Shown piece by piece: positions 44,532 to 57,261 of a DNA stretch of 64,000 nucleotides. The position numbers and the translations under genes are program-made. The notes below the pieces were generated by a model. That model was not told the origin of the DNA, searched no databases, and saw only the letters and a list, made by a program, of their open reading frames with translations. This stretch comes from Amoebidium appalachense (lineage: Eukaryota; Protista; Ichthyosporea): assembly GCA_963693365.1 (NCBI GenBank), contig CAVNZM010000015.1:682001-746000 (forward strand). Reading direction: 5' to 3'. Position 1 is the first letter of the stretch. Each line of letters opens with the position of its first letter.

Positions 44532-45480
44532 GTGAGTGAGAGAGAGAGTGGGAGAGGTGGAGGGAGGGAAGAGAGGGAGGAAAAGAGGGAGGGAGGGATT
44601 GGACGGGAGCAAGGGAAGGAAGGAGGCAAAGGCAGAGAGAGGGACGCAGATAGGGGGGAAGAACAAGGTGCATGCCGGGGGGAAGTATGATAGAACGGTC
44701 CATGAGATTATATAAAACGTTTGCACGAACGTGTATGTGTGTGTGTTTCTTAATTTACGGGCAGGTGGACCGGTGCCCAGCCAAAAAAAAAAAATAAGGG
44801 GGGGGGGGGGGGGGGGGGGGGTTATCCTACCTGTCTCATCTTTCTTGCGCCTCACCGATGAGCTCATGCTGCTGCGGATCATGGCACGGATAAGGCTGAT
44901 GTCCTTCTTGGGCCCACTCTGCGTGCATACAGTGAGTACGTGCACACAGTGAGTACGTGCACACCGCGAGCATGGTGCACACAGTGCGTATGTGTAGTGA
45001 GTACGGTGCATACAGTGAATATGGGTAGCGAGTACGGTGCACACAGTCAGTAGGTGCGTGCACACAGTGAATACGTGCGCACAGTGATTATGTGCACACA
45101 GCGCACACAGTAAATATGTGCACACAGTGAGTATGTGCACACAGTGAGTGTGTGCACACAGTGAATACGTGCGCACAGTATGTGCCCACAATGGGTGCAT
45201 GTACACAGTGGGTACGTGCACACAACACCATTCATGCATAGGGTTGAGTGTATGCACACAGTTGGCATTTGCACCTCAAGAGCGCGTACACACCCCACAT
45301 TGATGGAATACATGCTCACGTTCTGCACTCATACAGTGAGCACATGCACACTCTCAGGACAGGCACACAGTGAGTACATGCACACAGTGAATACATGAGG
45401 AACGTACGAAGTATCCGACAATGCATGGATTTGGAGGCATCGTAGAAAGCCAGGAAGGTCTGAGATAAGATTGAACATAA

Positions 45481-45534
<54 letters not shown>

Positions 45535-46655
45535 ACCACCAACAAATCTCTCACAAATCACCCCGTGGAAAAAAAGGACGGAAGAAAAAGGACCCCCCCC
45601 CCCCCCCCCAAAAAAAAAAAAAAAAAAAAAAGGGGGGGGGGGGGGGGGGGGGGTACCCTTCCCAACCACCATCACCTACATATATATATGACACCTCAGA
45701 TCATAGTTCGTTTGCTGTTATTAATGTTAAGGAAGTTATCGTGGGGGGCAAAAAAAGGTTATGATGATGGGGGGGGGGGGGGGGGGGGACCATATTCGGG
45801 GGTGGGCATGGACAAAAATATGTGTGTGAGTGTGTAGGGAGGGGGGGGGGGGGGGGGGGGGGGAGGGGGGAGGGCACCCTGGAAGGGAGGGGGAGGGGGG
45901 GGGGGGGGGGGAGGATATACCATGTACTTTGCCTTGATCTTGGTGTAGACGTCGAGGTTGTCTGCAATGTGCTCGCTCAGTTTGTCGTCAATGGTACTCA
46001 GCCACTTGCAGTAGCTGCATAAAATTTAAGTTTAAACACTTGAACCACTTGCAGTAGCTGCATTTAATCTAAAATAAAAATCATAAGCCACTCGCTATAG
46101 CTGCATAAATTTAAATACTACATAAGCTTTTATAATCAACACATTAGCTGGTTGGAGTTGCATTGTAAACTCTAAGACTACACCCCATCGGCCGATTCTC
46201 GTGTTTGCACTTCAGGTGGAGCCAAGCAGGTGTTGCATGCAACAAGGAAAAAAAGAGGCAAGGGGGAGATGGAGGGGGGAGGGGGGGGGGATGACCACGG
46301 GGCTGTAAGGTGGATGGGTTGCTCCCCGCATATTTATTTGATTCCGTTTATGCCCACACACCCTAGAAACAACACTCACCAACACACAACCCACCGACAC
46401 ACACCACCCCCCCCCCCCCCCCCCCCCCACAAAAAAAAAAAAAGACACACACGTCACTGTTAGGGAAAGGGGAGCAGGGAACTTGATAGAATGAGGCAGT
46501 AGGATCGGGATGAAGCGGGAAGGGAAGAAGGCGAAAAAGAGAACAAGGGAAAGGGAGGAAGAGGAAAGCATTGAGATGGGAGGGGGTTGTGGTGGTGATG
46601 GTGTGTGTGTGTTGGGGGGGGGGGAGGGGGGGGGGGGAGAGAGAGAGAGAAAGAG

Positions 46656-46693
<38 letters not shown>

Positions 46694-47076
46694 GGGAGGG
46701 GGGGAGGGGGGGCTCATACTCGGCAAAGTCTTGGTTTATGGATTCACCACTGTGGCGGTTGCCCATGATAATGCCCAGCGTCTGTAAGAGGGGGGGGGGG
46801 GGGGGGGGAGGGAGGTGAGAGTATGAAATTTGAAGATTTAGAAGGGAAAAAAAACAGAAAAAAATACTGTCACAAACTATACGCACGAAAGCAGGTACGC
46901 ACAGGTACCGACAATAAATGGGGTGTTTCACAAACACCAACATTGGCGAATCCCCATACATCCACAGACGAGAGGAGGTGTTCAAGCAGTGACATAAACT
47001 GAACTGCAAGGAGATTATATTATACCTCCAGCTTACACATTGAACAAATCGGTTATGGTCCTTTCGTTCTTACTGA

Positions 47077-47135
<59 letters not shown>

Positions 47136-48664
47136 GGGGGGGGGGGGGGGGGAGAGTCCCTACGTAGTCTGCGTCTGCCGGGTTCTCTCTGATCTGGTTG
47201 CTGTTGTAGATCTTCTCCCCAAGGTTGCCCTTGTAGCCTAAACATGAAATCACAAAATAAGAAATCACCACCGCGTGCGGGGGGGAGGGGGAGGGGGAGG
47301 GGGGGGGGGGGGAGAAAAGAAAGGGAGGGATCGAGTTCTGAATTAACAGATACCACAACAAAACTTAGCGGTGGACTAAGCACACAACTAGCGCCCCTCC
47401 CCCCCCCTCCCCCCTATCAAAGTTTCGTTACACCAAGCACACACACCTTTTCTCTCAGGGATGCCAAAGTTATTAACACACCGCCCACCTACAACAAATA
47501 ATTCTCCGAATTCCTGTCCCCCTCCCCCCCCCCCGCGCCTCCCCCCCCTATAAAAGCCACAACTGACACCCAATAGCCCTTCCCATGAGTCTTTTCTACA
47601 ACTTCCGTCATCACGTATACTGTACCCTCCCCACCTCCCCCCCCCCATTTTATTTTTCCCGCCCCCGCATGCCAGCCAGCACGCACCCATGTCTGCGTAG
47701 TAGACGACAGCCCAGGGGGTCACGTGACTAAGGCCGAATGGCAGCAGTTCGTTGCGGTGGCGCATCTCCGGGCACGGGTTGTTGCGGAAGTCCTTGCCCA
47801 CCTGGCAAATACGGAAACCCGAATCAAAAACACCGGAATACCTCGAATGTGCATATATACAACCACTGTGAACGCCAGGCCTCTCCGCGCCGGGGGGGGG
47901 GGGGGGGGAGGAGGGAGAAGGAGAGGTGGGTGTTTATCCTTATAAGGGATTTCAGGAAAAGGGGGGAGGGACCCGGTGGGTGGGTGCGTGGGTGAGGGTG
48001 GGGGCGGGGGCGGGCGGACGGAGGAGGAGGGGGGAGGATGGCTTGAAATTCAAGGTGGACTTAGAGAGGGGGGTCGAAGTGCGGCACACAGATCCAAGCA
48101 CCAAAACAATTAAGAGCACGGCATCATATAGAATGAATCATCTAGAATGATGTTATTACAAACACGATGACGTAACACACACAAGGACCGTACATGCAGG
48201 GGCCGCGTGGGGTGAGGTGGGATGGGGTGAAATTTGAAAGGTGGTGGGTGCGAGGGGGTGACACTATGCAAGTGGGGAGGGGGGTCTATACTGTGAAATT
48301 GATGTCTGCGGGGTCGAAGTTGAGGTAGGCTGCGGGGTTTTTTCGGAACACCTCCATGCCCTCCTCCACCAACCCCTGAACAGTCGGCGCAACATCCTCG
48401 TCTGGCGGGAGAAGGGGGGGGGGGGGGGGGGGGGGAGGGGATCAGGAAACAAAGACGAGTGGAGAGAAACATAAGTTCAAAGAACACGGAGCAATTACAG
48501 AGGGAGGAAAGGGGACGAGGGATGTCTAACCCGCCCTCAGGCCAGGAAGGGGGTGGGGGGAAGGGGGGGGGGGGGGGGGGGGGAGGGGGGGGGGCAGTGT
48601 GGTAAACATGGTTTACATTGTTTGTGTGCTAGACTGCACGTTGGTTGGCTGGTTGGTGTTGCAG

Positions 48665-48699
<35 letters not shown>

Positions 48700-49473
48700 C
48701 CACCACCACCACCACCACCACCCACCCCACAACGCACATAATGCGTCTCCTTTTTAGGTTCGTCTTACTGTGGGTATCCTCCCTGCGTTCTGACCACTGC
48801 ACGTTTTCTACACTATATATGGGCTCGGAGTTCATCTCCTTTCCTCGCACTTCCCAAAACCTGTCGATGTGCGTGAAAAAAACTGGAAGCATGAGTACAA
48901 CAAGCACAGGCAGGAGGGAGAGGGTTAGGTGGGGGCAGGAGTGGGATGGGATGGGCGGTTTGGCGGGGGGGGGGGGGGGGGGGGGGGGGGGAGGAGGAGG
49001 AGAAAGAAACGCGGTGACAAAAAACAGCATCTCACCTGCTGCAGCCTCGACAGAAGCACGCACGGCTGTCGAGTGCAGGGCACGCACAGCGGGGAAGGTG
49101 GCCGCTGTGGTGAGGGATGTAAGAAAATGCCGTAACGGTTTCTTCAACCTTCCTCCTGTAGTTTCTAGATGCTTGGGAAAAAAAAACTCGCCCGATTCCC
49201 GCTAACCCCTTCCCATCTTGCGCCCCTAGTTTCTTGTTTCCTTTTTAGGGGGAAAGAAGGGGGGTGGGGGGGTGGGGGGAGCGGGGGAGGGGCCAATACT
49301 AGAGCGGTGAAGTTTCGAACACGTAGAAGTTTCAAAGAGGTAGATGAGGTGGCGTGAAGACACAAAAAACACAGAAACAAAAGAGGTGAACACCAATTAA
49401 CTCAAAAAGCACCTTGAACAAGAAGAAAGAGTGAAAGGCCACGGGCAGACAACGCAGACGTAACAGACAACAT
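41859..49473 (-). CDS. 14-exon gene, ~441-aa protein of unknown family with a mitochondrial-presequence-like N-terminus
   Basis: Exons 49473-49413, 49155-49036, 48882-48769, 48401-48352, 47801-47687, 47237-47164, 46781-46720, 46014-45928, 45459-45408, 44918-44831, 43621-43521, 42971-42852, 42582-42418, 41975-41859. All introns are GT-AG, all phases are consistent, and there is no internal stop (1326 nt). The N-terminus MLSVTSALSARGL...LRHFLTSLTTAATFPAVRALHSTAVRAS is Arg/Ser/Thr/Ala-rich with no acidic residue. The first and penultimate exons are least certain. Confidence 0.7.
44922..45395. repeat. Intronic ~17-18-bp minisatellite GTGCACACAGTGAGTAC
   Basis: Many degenerate tandem copies between exons 45408 and 44918. 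Confidence 0.85.
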
Positions 49474-49552
49474 GGGAGGTGGACGGGTGGTGGGGTGGGA
49501 TTGGCAGGTGCAAGTGTCCTTCGCATATTTGCAGTCTTCTTTGTGTGCGAAA

Positions 49553-49597
<45 letters not shown>

Positions 49598-49719
49598 TTA
49601 CAGAGGCCCGAGAGGCGAGCAGCGCTGCGTGCGAGCATTTTTCCAACTCGAAGAAGAGAAAGGTGAAGGAAAACAATTGACAACCTGCGTGTTTTTTTCC
49701 CCCCCCCCTAGAGTTACGG

Positions 49720-50040
49720 GGACGTCACGCGCGCTGGACAGACGGAAACCAATCAGTTGTTCTGCTTTTGGCGGGCTAGATTCCGATTGGTGATTGCTCT
49801 TCGTCTCTGAACTCAATACCTTAAAGTGCACTTCATATTTCTACAATACACATACAGACGCCTTCAATTAGTTTTATTTATGCCATTGATTTTTTTGCTA
49901 ATTTTGTTTCCCTTCTAACACTAAAGTGTAAAGTATAAACATACAGTACTGCGTGGCAACTCCCAACAACATGCTAAGCGAGCCAAGTCTTAGACAAACC
50001 CAAAAACCGTTAGATAACAAGCGTTTCTATTGGCTCTCAT
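49720..50040. promoter_or_regulatory. Putative promoter of the 14-exon gene
   Basis: GACGTCA (CRE-like) at ~49721, CCAATCAG at ~49749, and ATTGG at ~49786 and ~50029, in non-repetitive sequence just upstream of the predicted ATG. Confidence 0.3.
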
Positions 50041-50419
50041 GAACCGCCAAAATTCGCCTGACCATTCACGATCAGAATGCCGTGGCTCACGAGTGTTCTG
50101 CGTGTGCGTCTGTGTGTGCACATGTGTGTTGTGTGTGCGTGCGTGTGCGTGTGCGTGTGTGCGTGAGTGTGTGCGTGTGTGCACCCACCTGTGGTCTGTC
50201 CTCTCGGTCACCTGACTAATTCGCCTCCCCGAATATCTCTCCTACTCCTCTTCTCAGATATGATCTCTGTAGACCTCTCTCCCTCTGTGTTTATCACTCA
50301 CTTTCTCTGCCTCTCTCGAGCCCTCTCCCTCTCCCTCCCTCTCTCCCTTTCTCCCTCCCTCTCCCTCTCTCTCCCGGGCCCCTCTCCGTCCCTCCCTCCC
50401 CCCCCCCCCCCCCCTCTCG

Positions 50420-50608
<189 letters not shown>

Positions 50609-50746
50609 CCGCCCCCCTCTCTCCCGGGCCCTCCCTCCGGGACTCACTCTGTGCATGTGACATAATTTATGTAGCTAATATTAGTGCATGTACAGTCTAC
50701 CACGCGTCCTACAGCAGCTGTTGCTGTGCCCTCCATGGCCAGCCAT

Positions 50747-50832
50747 CGTAAGAATAACGCTAAGAATAATAAACCACCGTAAGAATAACGCTAAGAATAA
50801 TAAGCCATCGTTAGAATAATGCTAAGAATAAT
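50747..50832. repeat. Short tandem repeat (CG)TAAGAATAA(C/T)GCTAAGAATAAT
   Basis: Three ~30-bp copies. Confidence 0.8.
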
Positions 50833-51121
50833 ATGTCTACTGTTTTAATCATAATTGCCGGCGCTAATCTCAAGAGCAGGAAAGGCACTTGATCGGCCGA
50901 CGGCCAGCACTATTATTAGAGCTCTTCAGAGTCCGGCCCCTCACAAGTCATTGAAAAGGGGTTGCTGAGAAAAACAAAAAAGGGGCACTACGTGGCAAAT
51001 GTACAGCCACAATACAGAAAAAGTGTGTGTGCGTGCGTGCTACTAGCAGGTATTTTTTATTTATTCTTCTTCTTCTTCTTCTTCTTCTTAGTCTTATTAC
51101 TGTTATTATTATTACTACTAG

Positions 51122-51169
<48 letters not shown>

Positions 51170-51217
51170 TTTTTTTTTTTTTTTTTTGGGGGGGGGGGGG
51201 GGGGAGGGGGGGGGGGG

Positions 51218-51256
<39 letters not shown>

Positions 51257-51887
51257 GAACATGTCCCGAGTACCCGAGTATCTGACGTGACTTGGAAAAG
51301 TGAACTGTTTTCACGCTCTCGTTTCCAGCAACACCATATGCAGGGAAAAGTTACAACACCATGGGATTATCATCAAAAATCATAATTTTCACGGATTTTC
51401 TCCCGTAGAGGCTCAAGGGAAACACAGGCTGCACTAACAACAACACCAGTATTTTTAACATTTCAACTTTGAAGTATTGACATATCATGTTAATGCCGCA
51501 GTCAGAAAGAAAAAGTGCTCTGACTGCGTATTTTCTATCTGGACCGCCCTAGAGAGTGACCAAGCTTGATTGAACCTGGGACGACTGTAAATAATTTAGG
51601 GGGAGTATATGTTCTCGAAAGTGTACTTATTTGCCTTCGGTGGAACTACAACCCCTCTAGGTCACAACTAATTCATAGATACGTAGAGCAAGAACAGGAG
51701 ATATTTTCTCCGCATCCAAACATGATGTACGTACAGTCTATCTACCAAGCCACAATCGGGTTATGGCTGTCACACACTAGGCTTATTTTTTAGCCAGCAC
51801 CATCACACCTATGAATCTAACCCCTTTTACATTCACATTTTTTATTTTAATTCATATGATATAATATTACGATACAAACCACGGCGC

Positions 51888-54800
51888 CTAATAGGCCCCA
51901 AAGTCCTCAAAACCCACGTCATCATAGCTGTACGGGTCTGGCTCAGGTGGGGGTACGGGGTCAAGAACTAGAGTGATTGTAGCAGGCTTGTTTGCAACAA
52001 CAGTAATCTTCTGTGTGCCATCGGGGTTATTTGCGTTCCACAAAAACGTTTCCGGGAGAGTTCTGGTGACAGTAAGAGCACCGACGGGAGGGGCCAAAAC
52101 GAAGAATTGACCGTTTGCGTTCGTCTTCCCGGTGGCGACTTTTCCGTTGGCGTTACGGATTTGAACGGTGACTCCTGCAACGGGTTTGTCTCCGGAGATG
52201 GTGTTGATGGCGATCTTGCCTCCAACGGGTGGTGGGGGCGGGGTGGGGGCCGGAACGGGCTTTGTTGGAGTGGTACCGGCTGTGTGGGAGGGGTACTACA
52301 TAGGGTCAGTTGCAAGAACTAGTATAACTTTCGAGGATTGTTTGGGGGATACGTGGTAATGTTGGCATGGTGATGGAAGTAGAGGTGGTGACGGGTCAGT
52401 TGCATTACGATCGACCAACAATACGGCGACGAAAGTGGAGTAAGATGCTTCAATCTGAAGGCTTAGTCTACTATACCGAAAACTGAGACCTGAGGGGGGA
52501 GGATGAGAAACAAGGTAGTAGGAAAAAAGTAGTTGGGACAAGGGGAAAGCTGATGAATTTAGTCTTTAAGGAAACTTAGCCTAACGGGGTTGGGTAAGAG
52601 GTGCGTGTGTGTGTGTGAGCCTCTGGGGGCGTAGTGCACGTTCTTCTTCTCTTCTTCTCCTCTCTACTCTTACTCTAGGCCTATACCCCCGGCCTTTCAT
52701 GGTGATTTTAGGATTTTGTAAATGTTAAGATGGATTTAAGATGTGATTTACCATTTTAATTTTAATTGGATCGACTGAAAGGAGACTATACAGTGGCGAA
52801 GCGTCTGGGCTCCCAAGAAAAAAAATCTCCCGCCATCGTGGATCGACTGAAAGGAGACGAGTTTTAGGTGATGGATTTAAGATGGTGATTAAGATTTTAG
52901 GAGTTATGTAAATGTTAAGATGGATTTAAGATGGTGATAAAGTTTAATTGGATCGACTGAAAGGAGACTATACTGTGGCGAAGCGAAGCGTCTGGGCTCC
53001 CCGAGAAAAAAAATCCCCCGCCATTGTGGATCGACTGAAAGGAGACGAGTTTTAGGTGATGGATTTAAAATGGTGATTAAGATTCATGTTTTAGGATGTG
53101 ATTAAGATTTTAGGAGTTATGTTAAGTTTAAGATGTGATTTAAGATTTTAATTTTAATTGGATCGACTGAAAGGAGACTATACTGTGTCGAAGCGTCTGG
53201 GCTCCCCAAGAAAAGAAATCCCCCGCCACGACTCATACAAAGAAATTTATTCTTATGCAAGTTGTAAATGTTAATAACATCCTAAAACATGAATCTTTAC
53301 ACCATCACCTAAAACTCGTCTCCTTTCAGTCGATCCATGATGGCGGGTGATTTTTTTTTCTTGGGGAGCCCAGATGCTTCGCCACAGTATAGTCTCCTTT
53401 CAGTCGATCCAATTAAAATTAAAATCTTAAATCACATCGTAAACTTAACATTTACAAATTACCTCTTTACATAAACCCTAAACTTAACATGAAAACTAAA
53501 ATCTTAATCACATCCTAAAACTCGTCTCCTTTCAGTCGATCCACGATGGCGGGGGATTTGTTTTCTTGGGGAGCCCGGACGCTTCGCCACAGTATAGTCT
53601 CCTTTCAGTCAATCCAATTAAAATTAAAATCTTAACATTAAACTTTAATCCATCTTAAACTTAACATAACTCCTAAAATCTTAACACCATCCTAAAACTA
53701 AAATCTTAAATCCTGCACGTTCTTCTACTCTTCTTCTCCTCTCTACTCAGAGGCTCCTATTTGAAGCTCTTCTTCTTCTTCTTCTTCTTCTTTTTTTTTT
53801 TTTTTTTTTTTTTGGGGAGGGGGGGGGGGGGGGGGGGGGGGAGGGGGGGGGGAGGGGGGGGGGGGGGGGTGGGAAATAATTACTTGGCTTGGAGCCCGAG
53901 TTGACATCAATAGGTCTGCCGGTGATGACAGTCACAGGGAACGAGCCGTCGGGGCGGCGGCCGGTATCGGGGGATGGAACAGTTCCGGGGACGGTCTGCG
54001 TGCTCACGACATACTAGTAGTGTCCTGGGTGCAGAGAAGGGAACGTGTATTTGCCATCAGGGCCAGTAAGAACGCTGTAGACGACCTTTCCGGTGGAGTC
54101 TAGGAGGTTCACGGGGACGGTGCATTGTCCTGCCTCCCCGGCGTCTCTCTTGTTGTTGCCGTTGGGGTCGGTGAAGACGTAGCCGTTGATTTCACCACCT
54201 GTAGAGGGTAAATGTGTTAGAGTACTGGTAATGAGAAATACATAAACTAGTAGTACTACAGTTTTTATAAAACAATAAATAAAGTAGGAACACATAAAAT
54301 AGTAGTATTAAATTTTAATTAAACAATAAAAAGCAGGAATATGGATGAATTCCGAGAGGATTAACCGAGTGACACAAAGATGCAAGTTTTGGAATTTGCT
54401 GCTGTGGAACGAGGAGGGTTAGGAAAAAAGAAAAATAGCAAAAAAAGTGAGAAAGAGAAGAAAAAAGAGAAAAGGGGGAAAGAGAAGAAAACTTTTTTTA
54501 TGTATTGGGAGCAGGGGGTTGTGTTTGACCACATAAGCATCTATGCGTCACATGCATAATTATGATAGCAGAGGGGATGAGTGGGATGGGACAATTTACC
54601 CGTCTCAGTGTTCGGCTGGAATTCGAAATCCACAACCTCGGGCGTATTCGGCTTCAGCTGAAGATTTTTTAGCGCCGTCATACTGTTGTTTTGTACGGGT
54701 CTAAGGGAGCAGAGTGCACAGAGGTGTCATGTAAAACACGACCAACACAATAAAGAGAGGGCAATCGGAGTTGTTCACGATACATGAAAGATTTCAAACA

Positions 54801-55852
54801 ACAACTGACCTTTTATTGTGCTCTCGTGTCTTTTTGTACTTGCAACTTATCATCTTATCTCAACTAAAACAGGAGAACCAATCGGTTCTATCAGATGATA
54901 GAAAAACACATTCCGACAGAGCGTACGCATTCCAACTTCCGACATCACTGAAGCTTAGAAACTCTTACTTAAATAACTTAAGTAATTATACATCTTGTCA
55001 CTAATAATGCACATATATATTTACACTCGTCTCTATAAAGAAATATATTTAAATACATATATTTCCTAATAGTCGACACTCTCAAAGTGAAGACACATTA
55101 CGATAAACCGAATTTATTATTCCATATATATCGATTGTGTCCAATCACAACACGTATATTAATAGACAGGAATGCCCACAACACGATCTATAGATGTACT
55201 CACTCGCGACGTCTATTGGCGAGTCATCCGAAAATCTATTGTGAACTAAAAATAAACCTCTTTGAAAAAAAACAAAGGCAACGAATGTAGCTACTAGTAG
55301 CCAATCACGCTACCTCTCAGATAAACATAGGAGAGCAAACACAGATAAAATACAATAAGTTCTATCAGGAAAGAGAGCCAGGTGTGCACAGATCTACAGA
55401 TATCTGTGCACACAGAAACAAGGGAGAGAGAGAGAGATACGGGGGGGGGGGGGGGGGGGGGAGAGAGAGAGAGAGAGAGAGACAAAAGAGAAAAAGGGAG
55501 AGAGAGGGGAGAGCACAAAGAAGGAGAGCAGACACGAATACAACTTTAAGCTAAGACACACATACTTCAAGACTCTTGCTGTCCTACGTAGTGACGTATT
55601 CCAACACATACCCAGGGGTAGGTACGGGAACCACAACCGGGATAAGGACCATACACCAAAACGGAATAGGGGCTGGGGGGAACTTGTCCGAAAGAGTATC
55701 TGCCTGTACGGCCAATGGTCAAGGAGGCATACTCGAAGCCGGCGGCATCAGCTAGAATAACCTTGACGCCGATGAGAGGGCGGTTGTTGTCGATGCGGTA
55801 GACGCGACCAGTGAGGCCACCACCTGTGTGTGTGTGTGTGTTGGGGAGGGGT

Positions 55853-55892
<40 letters not shown>

Positions 55893-56135
55893 GGGGGGGG
55901 TGGGGGGGTGGAGGGGTGGGAACTTGGGGAAGGGGGAAGGGGGGAATGTCCGAATACTGATTAGCCCAAGTCAACATTCAATAGAGACTGGAATATCGAG
56001 TGTGGGCAGGTGGTGCCAAGTGGTGCCACATCTAAAGAATCCTGCGTGTGTGAGTGAGTGAGCGCGTGTGGTGGTGGTGTACTTTGCAGTGTAAGTGCAA
56101 AAAAAAAAAAAATGATCAAAAGAATTTTTTTTTGT

Positions 56136-56174
<39 letters not shown>

Positions 56175-57125
56175 GGGAGGGAGGGAGGGAGGGGGGAGAG
56201 GGGCTTACCGTTCCACAGATCCGGTGCGTCAGTCAGAAGCAGCTGCAGTGGACCAACAGGCCCTCCCTCAATCACGGTGAAGCCAACAGACCCAGTCTCA
56301 TCACAATCAACAACACCATCCACACAATCAACAATGATTCCCTTCTCGGGGGAGAAAGGGAAAACAAACGCTTTCCCTGTGCCTGCGGACGGGAATTCAA
56401 AGCGACCCTGGCTGTTGGTGGTGGTGGTGGCACGGAGGGAGCCGTCGGCGTCACCTTCAGACCAACGAGAACGTTGGGGAAGACGTTGCCGACGCGGTTG
56501 CGGTAGACAATACCGGTGATTGGGCCACCTGGAAAAAAAAAGAAGAAGAAAGAGGAAATGCGCGAGTTTGTAAACTAACCAAAAAAAAAGAAAAAAAAAA
56601 AAGAAAAAAAAGAAAATAATCACTAACTGATACAATCCCGAAGAGTCGCCCGATAGGCTAACGTCATTGTTCAACAGCACATTACTTTGCTACGACTGGC
56701 CTATTAAACAACAGCTCGGGTCTTATGAGCTAGCATGAGGCGTTTAATAGTGTATGGTTTATCTTACCCTCCCACCTCACCAATATTTTTCATTCAGTCA
56801 CTCACCCGGCGGCTGTTCCAGAAGTGTACGTAAACTCCAGATTCCTCGTCTCTCCAGGCTGAATGGTCACCCTCACAGCCCCTGGGCCATTCACCGACCT
56901 ATAGCGCGATGGCACAACAGGTGCAATAGTAAAAGTACCCACGGGAACAACGGCGGTGAAAGAACTGTCGCGGTTTGAAATCAACTTGGGCACATCGGGG
57001 AGGTCTTGGCCGTTGGGGGCCATGAAGCGGATGGGAATGCGGGCAAGAGGCGTCTCGACCTCGTCGATGATAAGACCAACGTAGCCGGTCACGGTGGCTG
57101 TGTGTTTATGTGTGTGTGTGTGAGT

Positions 57126-57194
<69 letters not shown>

Positions 57195-57222
57195 TGTTTG
57201 TGTTTGTGTGTTTTTGTGTGTG

Positions 57223-57261
<39 letters not shown>

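Noticed and set aside
41859-46014. PIWI/Argonaute-like motifs in the 14-exon protein (KIKAK..W..P..IVGY, MFYR, HYY..R.V)
   Set aside because: The motif order is suggestive, but spacing is too short, catalytic Asp positions are absent and no PAZ-like region is seen; not supportable without a profile search.
52768-53615. Hammerhead ribozyme or 16S rRNA fragment in the fold-back units
   Set aside because: CTGAAAGGA does not fit the CUGANGA core and no three-stem fold was found; the CAGTGGCGAAG similarity to 16S is too short to be meaningful.
54014-54016. Stop-codon reassignment (in-frame TAG here, TAA at 16316, TGA at 6295)
   Set aside because: All three stop types occur, always in genes that also have frameshifts, and intact genes end in TAA; decay explains them better.
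54605-54645. tRNA or SINE head (B-box-like GATTTCGAATTCC on the minus strand)
   Set aside because: No A-box, cloverleaf, tail or TSD could be identified.
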